From assembly GCA_025594325.1 (NCBI GenBank), contig JANHCV010000003.1:620001-684000 (forward strand): 64,000 bases of DNA. Direction: 5' to 3'. Positions 10,624 to 20,583 of this stretch are shown in pieces. This DNA comes from Blastocladiella emersonii ATCC 22665. Taxonomy: Eukaryota > Fungi > Blastocladiomycota. Both the position numbers and the translations under genes were made by a program. The notes under the pieces were generated by a model. It did not search any database and was not told the origin of the DNA. It saw only the letters and a program-made list of their open reading frames with translations. How positions within the stretch are numbered: the first letter of the stretch is position 1; each line of letters begins with the position of its first letter.

Positions 10624-10684
10624 CGCCGTTTTCCTCCAAAGTAACTCGCTCTCTCTCCCCCGTCCTCCCTCAAAGCCGAAAAGA

Positions 10685-11814
10685 ATGGCTCCCCCGTCAA
10701 GCAAAAAGCGCGCTGGCCGTACGGCCATGTCCATCGAGGAGATCGTCAAGAACGTGCCCGAAATCCCGCCGCCGCCCGCCGATAGCGACGAGGATGCAGA
10801 TGACGACGCTGCTGGGAGCGACGGCAACGCTGCTGTCACGCCGACCAACCCGCTGCCGCCCGTGACCATCGCCAAGCCAAGCAAGCGCAAGGCCAGTGGC
10901 AGCAAGGCCAGCAGCGGCAAGGCCAGCGGCGGCAAGGCCACCTTCTGCTCCGCGTCGACCAACTTCCTCCTCGACCACTTCTGCAACCTCGCTGACGACG
11001 GCGTGCTCGGCGACAGCAACACGCTCAAGGCCCAGCACCGTGTGTCGATTGCCCAGGCCCTGTCGGACGAGTTCAACATGCAGTTTACGGCGGAGCAGGT
11101 CAAGAACCGCGCGACATACGTACGCTTTGTCTTGCGGACACGCGTCAACCGTAGCGCTAACAACGTCAGCGTTCGGCTCCAGCTTCGCACTTGTTTTCGC
11201 GCCGTAAAACGGCTTCTGTCGTACTCGGGCAACGGCTGCACCTGGAATGAGGGTGAGTGCACGGTCGACGTGCCAGAGGAGTTCTGGAACGATCTCTCGG
11301 TACGTTTGTTCAATATCGTTACGCGTCAACTCGCGGCGAGCTAACAGCGCCTGGCCTGCTTCAATTGTAGGCAGAGCTCAAGGAGGAGCTGACTGCGGGC
11401 TGCAAGCCCTTCCCGTACTACAAGAAGGCCAACATGCTGTGGGGCAGCTCGACCGCCACCGGCAAGTACTCGCACCTCGAGCAGGACGGCAAGGAGTCTG
11501 GTGACGTGGAAGGTGTTGATGGTCAAGACGACGCGGCCCCCGCCAGCAAGCGCAGCCGCACTTCGGACAGCAGCTCGCGTCGCCTCTCGGACTCGGAATT
11601 CCTCATGGGCATCAAGGAGGTGTTCCAGAGCGTCTCAACCGCCGACTCCAAGCCCGTTCTGACCGCCGCACTTGAATGGGTCCAGGACGCGTACAATGAC
11701 AATGAAGAGTACCAGATCGACGTCGCCACCCGCCTGACCGAGGATCAAGCGCTTCGCGTCATGGCCGTGTCCGAATCGAAGCGCAAGCGCGTCCTCGAGT
11801 TTTTCATTCAGTAG
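10685..11814 (+). CDS. Harbinger-associated Myb/SANT-like DNA-binding protein; join(10685..11119,11183..11299,11371..11814)
   Basis: FLLDHF...IAQALSDEFNMQFTAEQVKNR..YLR..F..VK.LLS.SG...WNE......PEEFW...KPFPYY...LWGSSTATG fits the Myb/SANT (At2g29880-like) pattern. Two GTACG...AG introns. Confidence 0.85.
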
Positions 11815-12114
11815 CTCTCTCGCACATGTCCCCCTCCCCTCGCGTTGCTTCCTGGCCTTGTTCTCGCCCATTTGTGTCCAATACATCTGGCTTTGTGTCC
11901 ATCGTATCTTCAATCGTTACCCTTCGCTCGAAAATGACGCGACTCGTTGAGAAACGCGTGGTTCTCAAAGTGTCTCACACGTCACGTGATTGATCGACGC
12001 GTCTCCACCGATGCGTTCTGACCTCAGCGACGCGTCAAATCATCTAGAATCGCTTATATAACATTATAGTACTTGACAAATCAGTATATTACAGCATGCA
12101 TGCGGGTACAACAA

Positions 12115-13446
12115 TCATTTCGCGCCTTCAAAGACGGTCCCACGAGCGGCCATGACGCGCCTGTACTCGGTCCAAAGAACATTTGCGATGCGGTTCCGAA
12201 GCGAGATACCGCGCTGACGAGCTCCGTCCAGCGAGGCCTCGAGGACAGCGGCCTCGTCGTCCTCCTCGTTCTCGTCGTTCAGGGGCTCGCGCCCACGCAC
12301 ACGCGCCTCACGCGCCGCGTCCCGCGCGCGCCGGAGCTCCGTCTCGGCGTCGCGAAAGAAGGCGTCGCCGCCTTGGTTCCACTTGTTGATCATGTTGTGC
12401 AGCGTGCAGAGCGCGTACACAAGCTTGACTTGAGTCTTGATTGGGTAGGCCGCGCCAATCGAGAGGACGCGGAACCGCTTCTTGAGCACGCCAAAGATAC
12501 GCTCAACAGAGTTGCGGAGCGACGCGTGACGCAGATTGAAAAGCTCCTCGCGGTTCTTAACTCTACGTACGTTGATGAAGCGGATGAGATGGCGCCAACG
12601 TGATGGTCATGGCAGTGAGAACGTACCCATCCTTGCCGCGGGCAAACTCGCGAAGATGATAGCGGGTACCGCGGAAGGGCACGATGATGGACGTGCGGTT
12701 TGCGTAGCCGCCGTCGGCGAGGTAGAAGCGGCCGGCGGGGATCTTGAACCCACGGGCGAAGGCGTCCGAGAGCACGCGCGAGTCATGCGCCTTGCCCTCC
12801 CACCCTGCGAGAACGTAGGTGAAGTTCAAGTCAAAGTCGCAGGCAGCGAGGACATTTGAGTATATGGTCCCCTTGCGGTTTCGGAACGAGTCGTGAAGCT
12901 TAGTGGGCACAACAAACGGGATGTGCGTTCCGTCAAGCGCGCCGACCGCGTTCTGGAACGGAGCGTATTTCGGGTCGTGGGCGATGCGCTCATGCACGGG
13001 CGTAGAATCGGACGGCTGGACAATGAACTCGGGCATCAGGCGGTACAGAGCGTCGAGCACTTGCTTCAGAACCCTGGACGCGGTCTCGCCAGAGATTTGG
13101 AACCGCTCCCTGAGGTTGCGGTTGGTGCTGCCCTCGCCGGCCATGACAAGAAAAACCATGAAGCGCGCCTCGACGGACAGCTCGCGGCCGTCGGCGAGAA
13201 GGCCACGGTCGCGGAACAGGCGGCAGATGGCCTTGAAGGTCTTGCGGGGCATAAAGGCGATTTCCGAAAAACGCGTTTCGCTGTTGCACGTCAGCAGCTC
13301 TTGAACCCCCACGACTCGCCGGAAAGCGTGGACGTGCGGATAGGCTCCCACGAGCGGCGCTCGTTGCGCGCAGCGAGACGTCGCAGGAGAGCGAGGGCGG
13401 CTGTGAGCATTAGGCCGCGCAGCTTGCGGTTGTATCCCTTGCCCAT
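12115..13446 (-). CDS. Harbinger/PIF DDE transposase (DDE_Tnp_4-like); intron 12563-12626; frameshift in the G5 run at 13306-13310
   Basis: GALDGTHI, NVLAACDFD, GWEGKAHDSRVL, YLADGGY and ELFNLRHASLRNSVERIFGVLKKRFRVL are PIF/Harbinger motifs. The N-terminus (MGKGY...TSTLSGESW) lies in a different frame from VQELLT... Confidence 0.9.
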
Positions 13447-13539
13447 GTTGTTTGAGGGCTCGAGAACACGATGCGTGAGGTTAGGTGTTGATTCGTTGCA
13501 ATAAGCGCGGCTGCAAAGAGGTGGGAAAGATTTTATTGC

Positions 13540-13553
13540 GGGGGGGGGGGGGG
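13540..13553 (+). repeat. G14 homopolymer upstream of the transposase start (C14 on the coding strand)
   Basis: Direct read. Confidence 0.85.
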
Positions 13554-13647
13554 CGTTCATCCAGCGGGGCGTTTGGTTCGCACGGCCGCTGAGATGAACG
13601 GGGGTGAGGTGAAACGTGGCAACTTTTTCAGCTGATCCACCTGATCT

Positions 13648-13662
13648 GAACCAAACGGGCCC
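13648..13662 (-). repeat. Right TIR of the Harbinger element
   Basis: GAACCAAACGGGCCC, the exact reverse complement of the left TIR, followed by TTA. Confidence 0.9.
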
Positions 13663-13892
13663 TTAGGGCCCGTTCATCGCGCTCTCCCGGCCCCGGCCTG
13701 CCCGCTCGCCACCCCGCTTGGCTCCACGCTCCCTCCCTCTCCCTCAATCGCACTCCAACCCGTCCCTCTCGCCCGCAGAGACTTGGCGCACTCGCGACGA
13801 CGCAACCACCTTTTGCTGCGGGCCCCATCATCCGCACTTCTTGCTCTCTGCCACGACCGCGACCGCGACGCATCGACTCCACCACCACCACC

Positions 13893-16800
13893 ATGAACCC
13901 GTTCGGGCCCTGTAACACGGCGCCCAACAGCGACGACGACGACGACAACGTCCCGCTCGGCCTGCACCCGGGTGCCGCCGGCGATGCGCCCGCACCCGCA
14001 CCCGCGCCTGCGCTCGGCGCGCCGCCACCGCTCGCACCGCTGCCGCTCCCTCTGCAGCCCGTGTCCGACGGGCTGACGACGACGCTGGGCGACGACGAGC
14101 CCGCGGCGCACAGCCGCGCGACATCCGCGGGCGCTGGCGATAGCCTGTTCGGCGACCTGGACGCCGAGGACGAGGTTCGGGGCGCGACGGCCGCGGCCAT
14201 GGACGCGACAGCCGCGACCGTCGCGACCTCGCTGTTCCACGGGCGCGTCGACGGGACGCCCGTCGCCACGGTGTCGGGCATCGCGAGCTGGCTCGGGCGG
14301 GCGCGGGACCCGGTGGCCGCGCTCGCGCTGCGCCACTACTTTGACCACTTCGACTTTGTCCACGAGACGCTGCTGGCGGCGCTGCGCCGCGTCGCCGCGC
14401 ACCTGTTCCTGCAGGCCGAGGCGCAGCAGCTCGACCGCATCCTCGAGGCGTTCGCCGCGCGGTTCGCCGCGTGCCAGACGGCCCCGCTGATTTCGCGCGC
14501 GACGGCGATGCGGCGGCGAATGTCCGTGTCGCTGCCCGCGTCGCCCGTCGCGCACCAGTTCGACGTGTCCGACCCGCCGTCGTCTGCCTCGGTCGCCGTC
14601 GTCATGTCCGAGGGCGCGGCCGCCACCGCGGGACCGCCCGGCAGGCTGAACCGGAACAAGGACGTGCTGCAGGCCAGCGCGCCCATGCTCTCGCACCCGT
14701 CGCCCATCTCGGCCGCATCGCCCGCGTCCGCGGTCGCGGCGCCTGCGTCGTACGCGCTCGACGAGGGGTTTTCGGGGCCCGAGCAGCGGCTATGGTGCTC
14801 GTTTGGCGAGAAGGCGCCTGGCCGCTACGCTCGCGCCCAGGGTACGCTATCCCACATTCCCATTGGCCGAACCCGCCGCTAACGCTCCAGTCGAACAGGG
14901 ATCGCGCACACCATCTCCTTCTCGTTGCTCCTCCTCAACACGGACCTGCACACGACGCTGCCGGCGGGCGTCAAGCAGGAGCGCATGACCAAGAAGCAGT
15001 TTGTGACCAACACGCTCGCCGCGCTCGCCACCTACCACCTGTCGGCGGCCGACCGCGCCCAGCTCGACGAGCTGTTGCGCGGCTACTACTCGGACCTCAA
15101 GCGCCGCGAGCTGCGCCAGCCGCTCTTCGTGCAGCTGCGCTCCAACACCTCCGGCTCCACCCCGCCCGTCCCGCCGCTCCCGAGCCCCGCGCGCACCGAA
15201 CCGCTGTCGTCCGCCGCCCCTGCGTCCGCGTCCAGCTACGGGTCCCGCGCCCCGCCGCGCGCAGGCAGCAGCGGCGCGTCCGTGTACTCGGTGTCGTCGT
15301 GGCGGCGGCGGCGCACCGAGTCCGGGATGTGGGACTCATCGACGACGGACGTGACGTCCGCGACGACGCCGCGCGCGTCGACCGACAGCGCGCAGACGGT
15401 CGCGCTGCCCGCGGACGGGATCCGCCAGGCGACCATGTTCCGGAAACACCTGCTGTCGTCGTCGGGCGCGCGGCCGGCGAACCGGTCGTGGAAGCTGTGC
15501 ACGGTGCAGCTGACGGTGCACGGGCTCGTGATGCACGCCGGGCGGACCGCTGGCGGGACGTCGACCATCGCCAACGTGCACTGCCAGGCCGCCGCGTTCA
15601 CGGGCGTCCCGCACCTGCAGTATGCCACGTCACGCCCGCACGTCTGGTCGCTCGCGACGCCCGACGGCGCCCTGTGCCTGTTCCAGGCGCCGAGCGCGCA
15701 GGACCGCGCCGACTGGGTGCACCTCGTCAACGCGTGGAACGCGCGGTGGTCGCGCGGGCCGACGACGTTCGACCAGGAGGGGCTCGGCAGCGCGCGGTAC
15801 GGGTGGGAAGACGACGCGGCGGGCCGCGCGCTCGTCGCGTGGCACCCGCCGCCCGCGATCCCGTACCCGAGCACCGAGCCCGAGCCCGAACAGCTCGGCC
15901 ACTGCAACGCGCAGCTGCGCCGGCACGAGGCGCTGCTCGCCGCGCACATTGAGCGGGCCGCGGTGCTCCCTCCACCGGCGTCCGTGACCGGCAAGGACGC
16001 GAAACGGCGCGCCGAGCTCGCCCATGCCAACTGGCGCCGCCGCCTCGAACACCTCAACCGCGAGGTCGGCAAGTGGCGCCTGTACACGGACGCGCTGTCG
16101 ACGGCCCCGCTCCTCACGCCGCGCGCGCCGTCGCCGTCGGTCGGCCCGTCGCCGGGACCCTCGGGGTCGCTCAACGAGGGCGGCGGCAGCTCCCGCGAAC
16201 CGTCGCCCGAGCGCCCAAGGATCACCGGCTCGCCCGTCCAGCTCCCCGCCGAACTCCCCGCGCAGATCCCGCCACGAGGCGACCACCGCGCGTGGACGTC
16301 GCCCCTTGTCGGTCCCGCACCACCCGCGGAGGATATGATTTTCCCGCTGCGGCCCGTGTCGACGGGGTACTACGCGTCCGGCACCGCGCCGCTCGCGCCA
16401 TCGCCCGTCGCCACGTCGCGCTCCCTCCCTGCGTCCATGCCGTACCCGCACCCGCAGGCGCCGTCCCCGATCCCAACCCCCACCACGATCCAGCGCACGC
16501 TCCCGCCCGCGGGGTTCGGCGCCATGGTCGCTCGGCCGCCGCGCACCGAGTCGCTGGTCGGGTTCGGCGCCAACGTGCGGATGCTCGAGGAAGGATCGGT
16601 TCTGCGCGACACGGGGACCGAGCTCGGCAGCGTTTTGGGCGATCCCGGCCGCGACCCCGTCGCGGCGCTCGAACAGGTCCTTGCGCCCACACCGCCGTCG
16701 CCCGGACCGCGGATCATCATCCCGCCCGTCCCGCCACTCCCGTCGCTGCCGTCGCTCCACGCGCTGTACTCGGCGGCCGCAGTGCTCTCGCCGACGAGCG

Positions 16801-16928
16801 CGGGGACGCAGGAGGGTGGAAGTGAAGCTGGGCCGCGGACGGGCGACTCGCGGCTCACGTTTGAGGAGGAGGTGTGGCTCAGCTTCAGCCAGGTGAATCT
16901 CGGCGGAGGCGGCGGTAGCGGGCGATGA
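13893..16928 (+). CDS. Sec7 + PH domain Arf GEF (Syt1/EFA6-like); join(13893..14841,14899..16928)
   Basis: FDF..ETLLAALR...LFLQAEAQQLDRILEAFAARF and HTISFSLLLLNTDLH...MTKKQFVTN form the Sec7 domain. RSWKLCTVQL...SRPHVWSLATPDGALCLFQAPS...DWVHLVN..NARWS is the PH domain. A short coiled coil follows. Confidence 0.85.
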
Positions 16929-17158
16929 AAAAGATGGTTGTGGCTAGGTAATTCATACATTTTTGCATATACTAGCGAGCTGGGGGACGATTGAGGTGAC
17001 CGCGGCGCGGGCAACGTCGGTGACTCTGCCGCGGTCGCGTTCAGCCACACGGCATGAACGGCGCGTCGCGCGAGCGACGAGGGGAGACACGGCGACCGGG
17101 CCGCCGCCCATCGCGCCGCCACTCCCGCGCTTCCGCTGAACAGCATCCGCAAATTGCA

Positions 17159-17725
17159 ATGAATCGCAGAAAGAGTATCCGCAAGCTTGATCCGAAGCGC
17201 AAACCGACTGCGGCGGCTGCTGCACCTGCCGGCGCGAGCTCGTCAGTTGTCGCGCCCACCACCCGCGCGAGCTCCGCGAGCTCCGCGATTGCCGCCCCGT
17301 CCACCACCGGCGTGCCCTCCGCTGACCCCGCATGTGGGAACGCGATGCGGGTCCTAGACGACGTCGAACGTGCTATTGCGGAGATTTCGGACATGAAGGC
17401 GAGCTGCACGACATGTGCCGAGGAGCTAGCCGAGCGCGAGGCGGCGCTGGCGGGCGACGTGGCGAGCGCTGAGGCCGCGCGCGAGTCGGCCGTGTGCTCG
17501 CTCGACGCGCTGGCGTGCGAGAACCAGATCCCCGAGATGCTGCACGACGCCATGGTCCGGCTGGTGCACTCGTCCTACGACGAAGACCCGGCCGCGAGCA
17601 TGCGCGACCGGCTCGAAGAGATGCTGGTGCACCTGACCGTAACAGGGGAATACCTTTTTAGTGGAAGTGGCCGTGTCGAGGTTGATGGCCAGGTTGATGG
17701 CCAGGTTGATGGCCGCGGTCCCTGA
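17159..17725 (+). CDS. Hypothetical helical/coiled-coil protein
   Basis: Coding-like codon usage (LDDVERAIAEISDMK...EELAEREAAL). Ends in a 12-bp repeat (gttgatggccag x2.8, 17681-17714). No family recognised. Confidence 0.5.
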   Translation: MNRRKSIRKLDPKRKPTAAAAAPAGASSSVVAPTTRASSASSAIAAPSTTGVPSADPACGNAMRVLDDVERAIAEISDMKASCTTCAEELAEREAALAGDVASAEAARESAVCSLDALACENQIPEMLHDAMVRLVHSSYDEDPAASMRDRLEEMLVHLTVTGEYLFSGSGRVEVDGQVDGQVDGRGP

Positions 17726-17976
17726 GCCGTTTGGTCAGTTTCCATGCCCGCGCAGCTCCGCTTTATAAGCTTTAAGCTCAACAACACCTTGACGTTGATC
17801 AAAGAGATTGAGCGTGATCTGCCTTATCCTCCGTTCGTAACGCCATGGAGGGACCGTCCTTGTCATCGCGCGAAGCGCGGGCCGATCACCTGTTCGAGAG
17901 CGCGTTCGCTCGGACCTGCAGCTCGTCACCGCCGATGTGCCGCGCCGCTCTCTCACATCCCCCTATGCTGTAAGCC

Positions 17977-18702
17977 ATGAATCACACCGAGACTCAGCGC
18001 AACGACCCGATCCGCGCCCTCGACGACCACGGCCGTCGGCTCGCAGACGCCATCAACCGCGCCGAGATTGAGGGCCGGCCGCCGCTGCCTGACCGGCCGC
18101 CAGCGCCGCGCCCTCCCGTCGCCGCACGGCGCACCGGCCGGCGTGCGCGCGAGGCGGAACATCTCCGGAAATCGATCGACCTGCTCGACCTCGAGCGCAG
18201 CGACGTGCAGGCGACGGTGAACGAGGCCGTGGCGAACGGCACTCTCTCCTGGCCGCTGCTTGACGCGGTGACGCGGATCGTGGCCGACGACGGCGGGAAC
18301 AAAGACGCACACGCCCTTCGTGTGCGCTACGACGAACTGTTCAACCTTGTCCGCGCGGCCAACGCCGCTGGCGACATTGCGAGCGTGCAGGTCGGCACTG
18401 CGGCGCTCAACCTCGACTTGTCCCGACGCAACGTCGCGGCGCTCCGCCGCAACTTTGACGCGCCCTCCTTCTCGGGCACCGCTGACGAGGAGCTGCGCGA
18501 GCTCGCTGGTGCTCGCACGGCAATCAACGAGGCGTTCGTCGTTCCTCGACTGCTCCAATCAATGATCAACAGCGGCCTGCCCCTCCCAGGGGGTATCACT
18601 GCGGCGGACCTGGAAGCGGCCCTAAATGTCCTCGGTGGCGCAGGGCAGGCCATGGACGTGGACGCGGATGCGGACGAGGGTGGCGAAGGCGAGCAGGAGT
18701 GA
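17977..18702 (+). CDS. Hypothetical protein (241 aa)
   Basis: ATG-started ORF with GC3-biased codons and an acidic C-terminus. No family recognised. Confidence 0.55.
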   Translation: MNHTETQRNDPIRALDDHGRRLADAINRAEIEGRPPLPDRPPAPRPPVAARRTGRRAREAEHLRKSIDLLDLERSDVQATVNEAVANGTLSWPLLDAVTRIVADDGGNKDAHALRVRYDELFNLVRAANAAGDIASVQVGTAALNLDLSRRNVAALRRNFDAPSFSGTADEELRELAGARTAINEAFVVPRLLQSMINSGLPLPGGITAADLEAALNVLGGAGQAMDVDADADEGGEGEQE

Positions 18703-18812
18703 TGGCGAAACTAGTGGTAGTATTGGTTGTTGCTTGCAATGCGGAATGTACATGGATCTCTCTCTCTCTCGCTCCTCCTCGGAGCCCACTCGACTCGAGC
18801 TCAACTAAAGCA

Positions 18813-20099
18813 CTAGTTGTTGAACCACAGAATGTCCTGCGAGTCGACGGGCTCGACGTACTTGCAGTCGCGCCACGTGTTCCACAGGGCCTTGGCAACG
18901 GGGGTGGTGTCGATGTTGTAGTACGGGGTACCCTTGAGCACGTTGCGGATGATTTCGGTGGCCTTAACGGCGTTGTAGTGGGGCATCTGCGAGAAGATGT
19001 GGTGGGCGACGTGCGAGTCGGCAATGTTGTGGAAAAAGTAGTTGAGGATGCCGTAGTCGCGGTCGACCGTGGCCACGGCGCCGCGCAGGAACGTGAAGGC
19101 CTCGGGCGAGTAGTGCGGCAGGTCGCGGTGCGTGTGCTGCAGGAACGTGATGATGACCAGCCACATGTTGACGAACAGGTACGGGATCACGTAGAACTTG
19201 ACGAGCGCCGCGGCGCCGAACACGGACCCGGCATAGCCGAGCGCGCCGAGCATGGCCAGCACGCCCACGTCCGAGATGAGCACGTCGAAAAAGTCGCGCG
19301 ACCGGAAGAAGGGCGACGACGGGCGGAAGTGGTTGGCCCAGCCGTACTCGGGGTAGGACTGGCCCGACACGTTCCACAGCAGGTACATGGGCCAGCCGAA
19401 CAGCAGCATGCCGAGCATGGTGAGCAGCGACTTGATGGGCGACTCGTCGAACAGCGAGTCGTGGCCGTGGTGGAAGTCGGCCGACTCGAAGCGGGCCTTG
19501 AGGGCGGGGTTCTCGGCGAGCACCTCGTCGCGCGTGTGCGGGACAAAGACCTGGTCCTGGGTCATGTGGTTGGTCGAGGCGTGGTGCTTGCCGTGGGTGA
19601 TGCGCCACGAGTGGTAGGGGACCAGCAGCGGCGTGTGCAGGATGTAGCCCATGAAGTTGTTGACGGCCTTGGACGACGAGAAGGCCTGGTGGCCGCACTC
19701 GTGGGCAATGACCCAGATGCCCGTGCACACGACGCCCTGCGCGACCCAGTACGCGGCCCACAGCGCCCACTTGGCAGCGAGCGCGGCCGTCGGGTCCGCG
19801 AGCGACGCGGCGAAGGCGTCAATGTGCAGGGCGCCGTAGAAGAGCGCGGCCGCAAGCGCCACGTCGTGCACCACGTAGTACATGGACTTGAGCGCCGACC
19901 GCTCGAACAGCTCGGCGGGGATCGCGTCGCGCAGCTCCTTGATCGACATGTCGATGGGCTTGTACCCGGCCTTGTCGGCGTTGCGCTTCGCGCCGCCCGC
20001 CGCCGCCTTCTTGAGCGGGGCGTCGGCCTCGTCGGCCGCAGAGCCCTTGCCGGCGCGCCGCGAGAGCGTGTACTGGGCCACGTCTGTGAGCTGGGCCAT
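18813..20099 (-). CDS. FAD2: Delta-12 (omega-6) fatty acid desaturase, intronless
   Basis: His boxes HECGH, HGKHH and HVAHH, plus LRDAIP..LFERS, PYHSWRITH and TFLQHT...ATVDRDYG. TATAAA at 20174-20179 (minus strand). Confidence 0.95.
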   Translation of the reverse strand: MAQLTDVAQYTLSRRAGKGSAADEADAPLKKAAAGGAKRNADKAGYKPIDMSIKELRDAIPAELFERSALKSMYYVVHDVALAAALFYGALHIDAFAASLADPTAALAAKWALWAAYWVAQGVVCTGIWVIAHECGHQAFSSSKAVNNFMGYILHTPLLVPYHSWRITHGKHHASTNHMTQDQVFVPHTRDEVLAENPALKARFESADFHHGHDSLFDESPIKSLLTMLGMLLFGWPMYLLWNVSGQSYPEYGWANHFRPSSPFFRSRDFFDVLISDVGVLAMLGALGYAGSVFGAAALVKFYVIPYLFVNMWLVIITFLQHTHRDLPHYSPEAFTFLRGAVATVDRDYGILNYFFHNIADSHVAHHIFSQMPHYNAVKATEIIRNVLKGTPYYNIDTTPVAKALWNTWRDCKYVEPVDSQDILWFNN

Positions 20100-20583
20100 G
20101 GTGTTGATACGTTGTACAAGTGCGAACGTGGTCGAGCGGGAGAGCGGGCGCGGCTGCCGGGCGGTCGCCGGACTTTATAGGGCGCGCTGCTGGCCCGACT
20201 CGCGGGCGTTCCGATCGCAACCGAGTCTGCAGGAGCACCACGCGACGGATGGGGAGCCGTTTTCAGAGGACGGCGTGGGGCGAATTTTCGGTCGCGGTGG
20301 GGCGCCCACGCGGCCCCAAGGCGCCACAGCCAGCCGCGAACGACGCCACGACCGCGGCGATCTTGAGTGCCTCTTCTCCCTCTCTTCCCTTGCTCGACGA
20401 CGACGATGATGATCCTATGATGAAAATTCTTCATGCAGCGAGCGAGCGAGCGATCCTGCGTCGGCGTGGGGTCTTGACGCGTCCGTGAGGACGTGGAGCA
20501 GCGCAACGCGGCTGCTCGCGAACTTGGACTTGCGAGGAACATGAAGAAAACATCTATTTATCATCGAGAGTCTACAATACACT

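Larger units (their letters stand above)
10415..13662. mobile_element. PIF/Harbinger DNA transposon, about 3.25 kb, with convergent Myb/SANT gene (+) and DDE transposase (-)
   Basis: Perfect 15-bp TIRs GGGCCCGTTTGGTTC, TAA and TTA flanks, and both canonical Harbinger ORFs inside. Confidence 0.93.
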
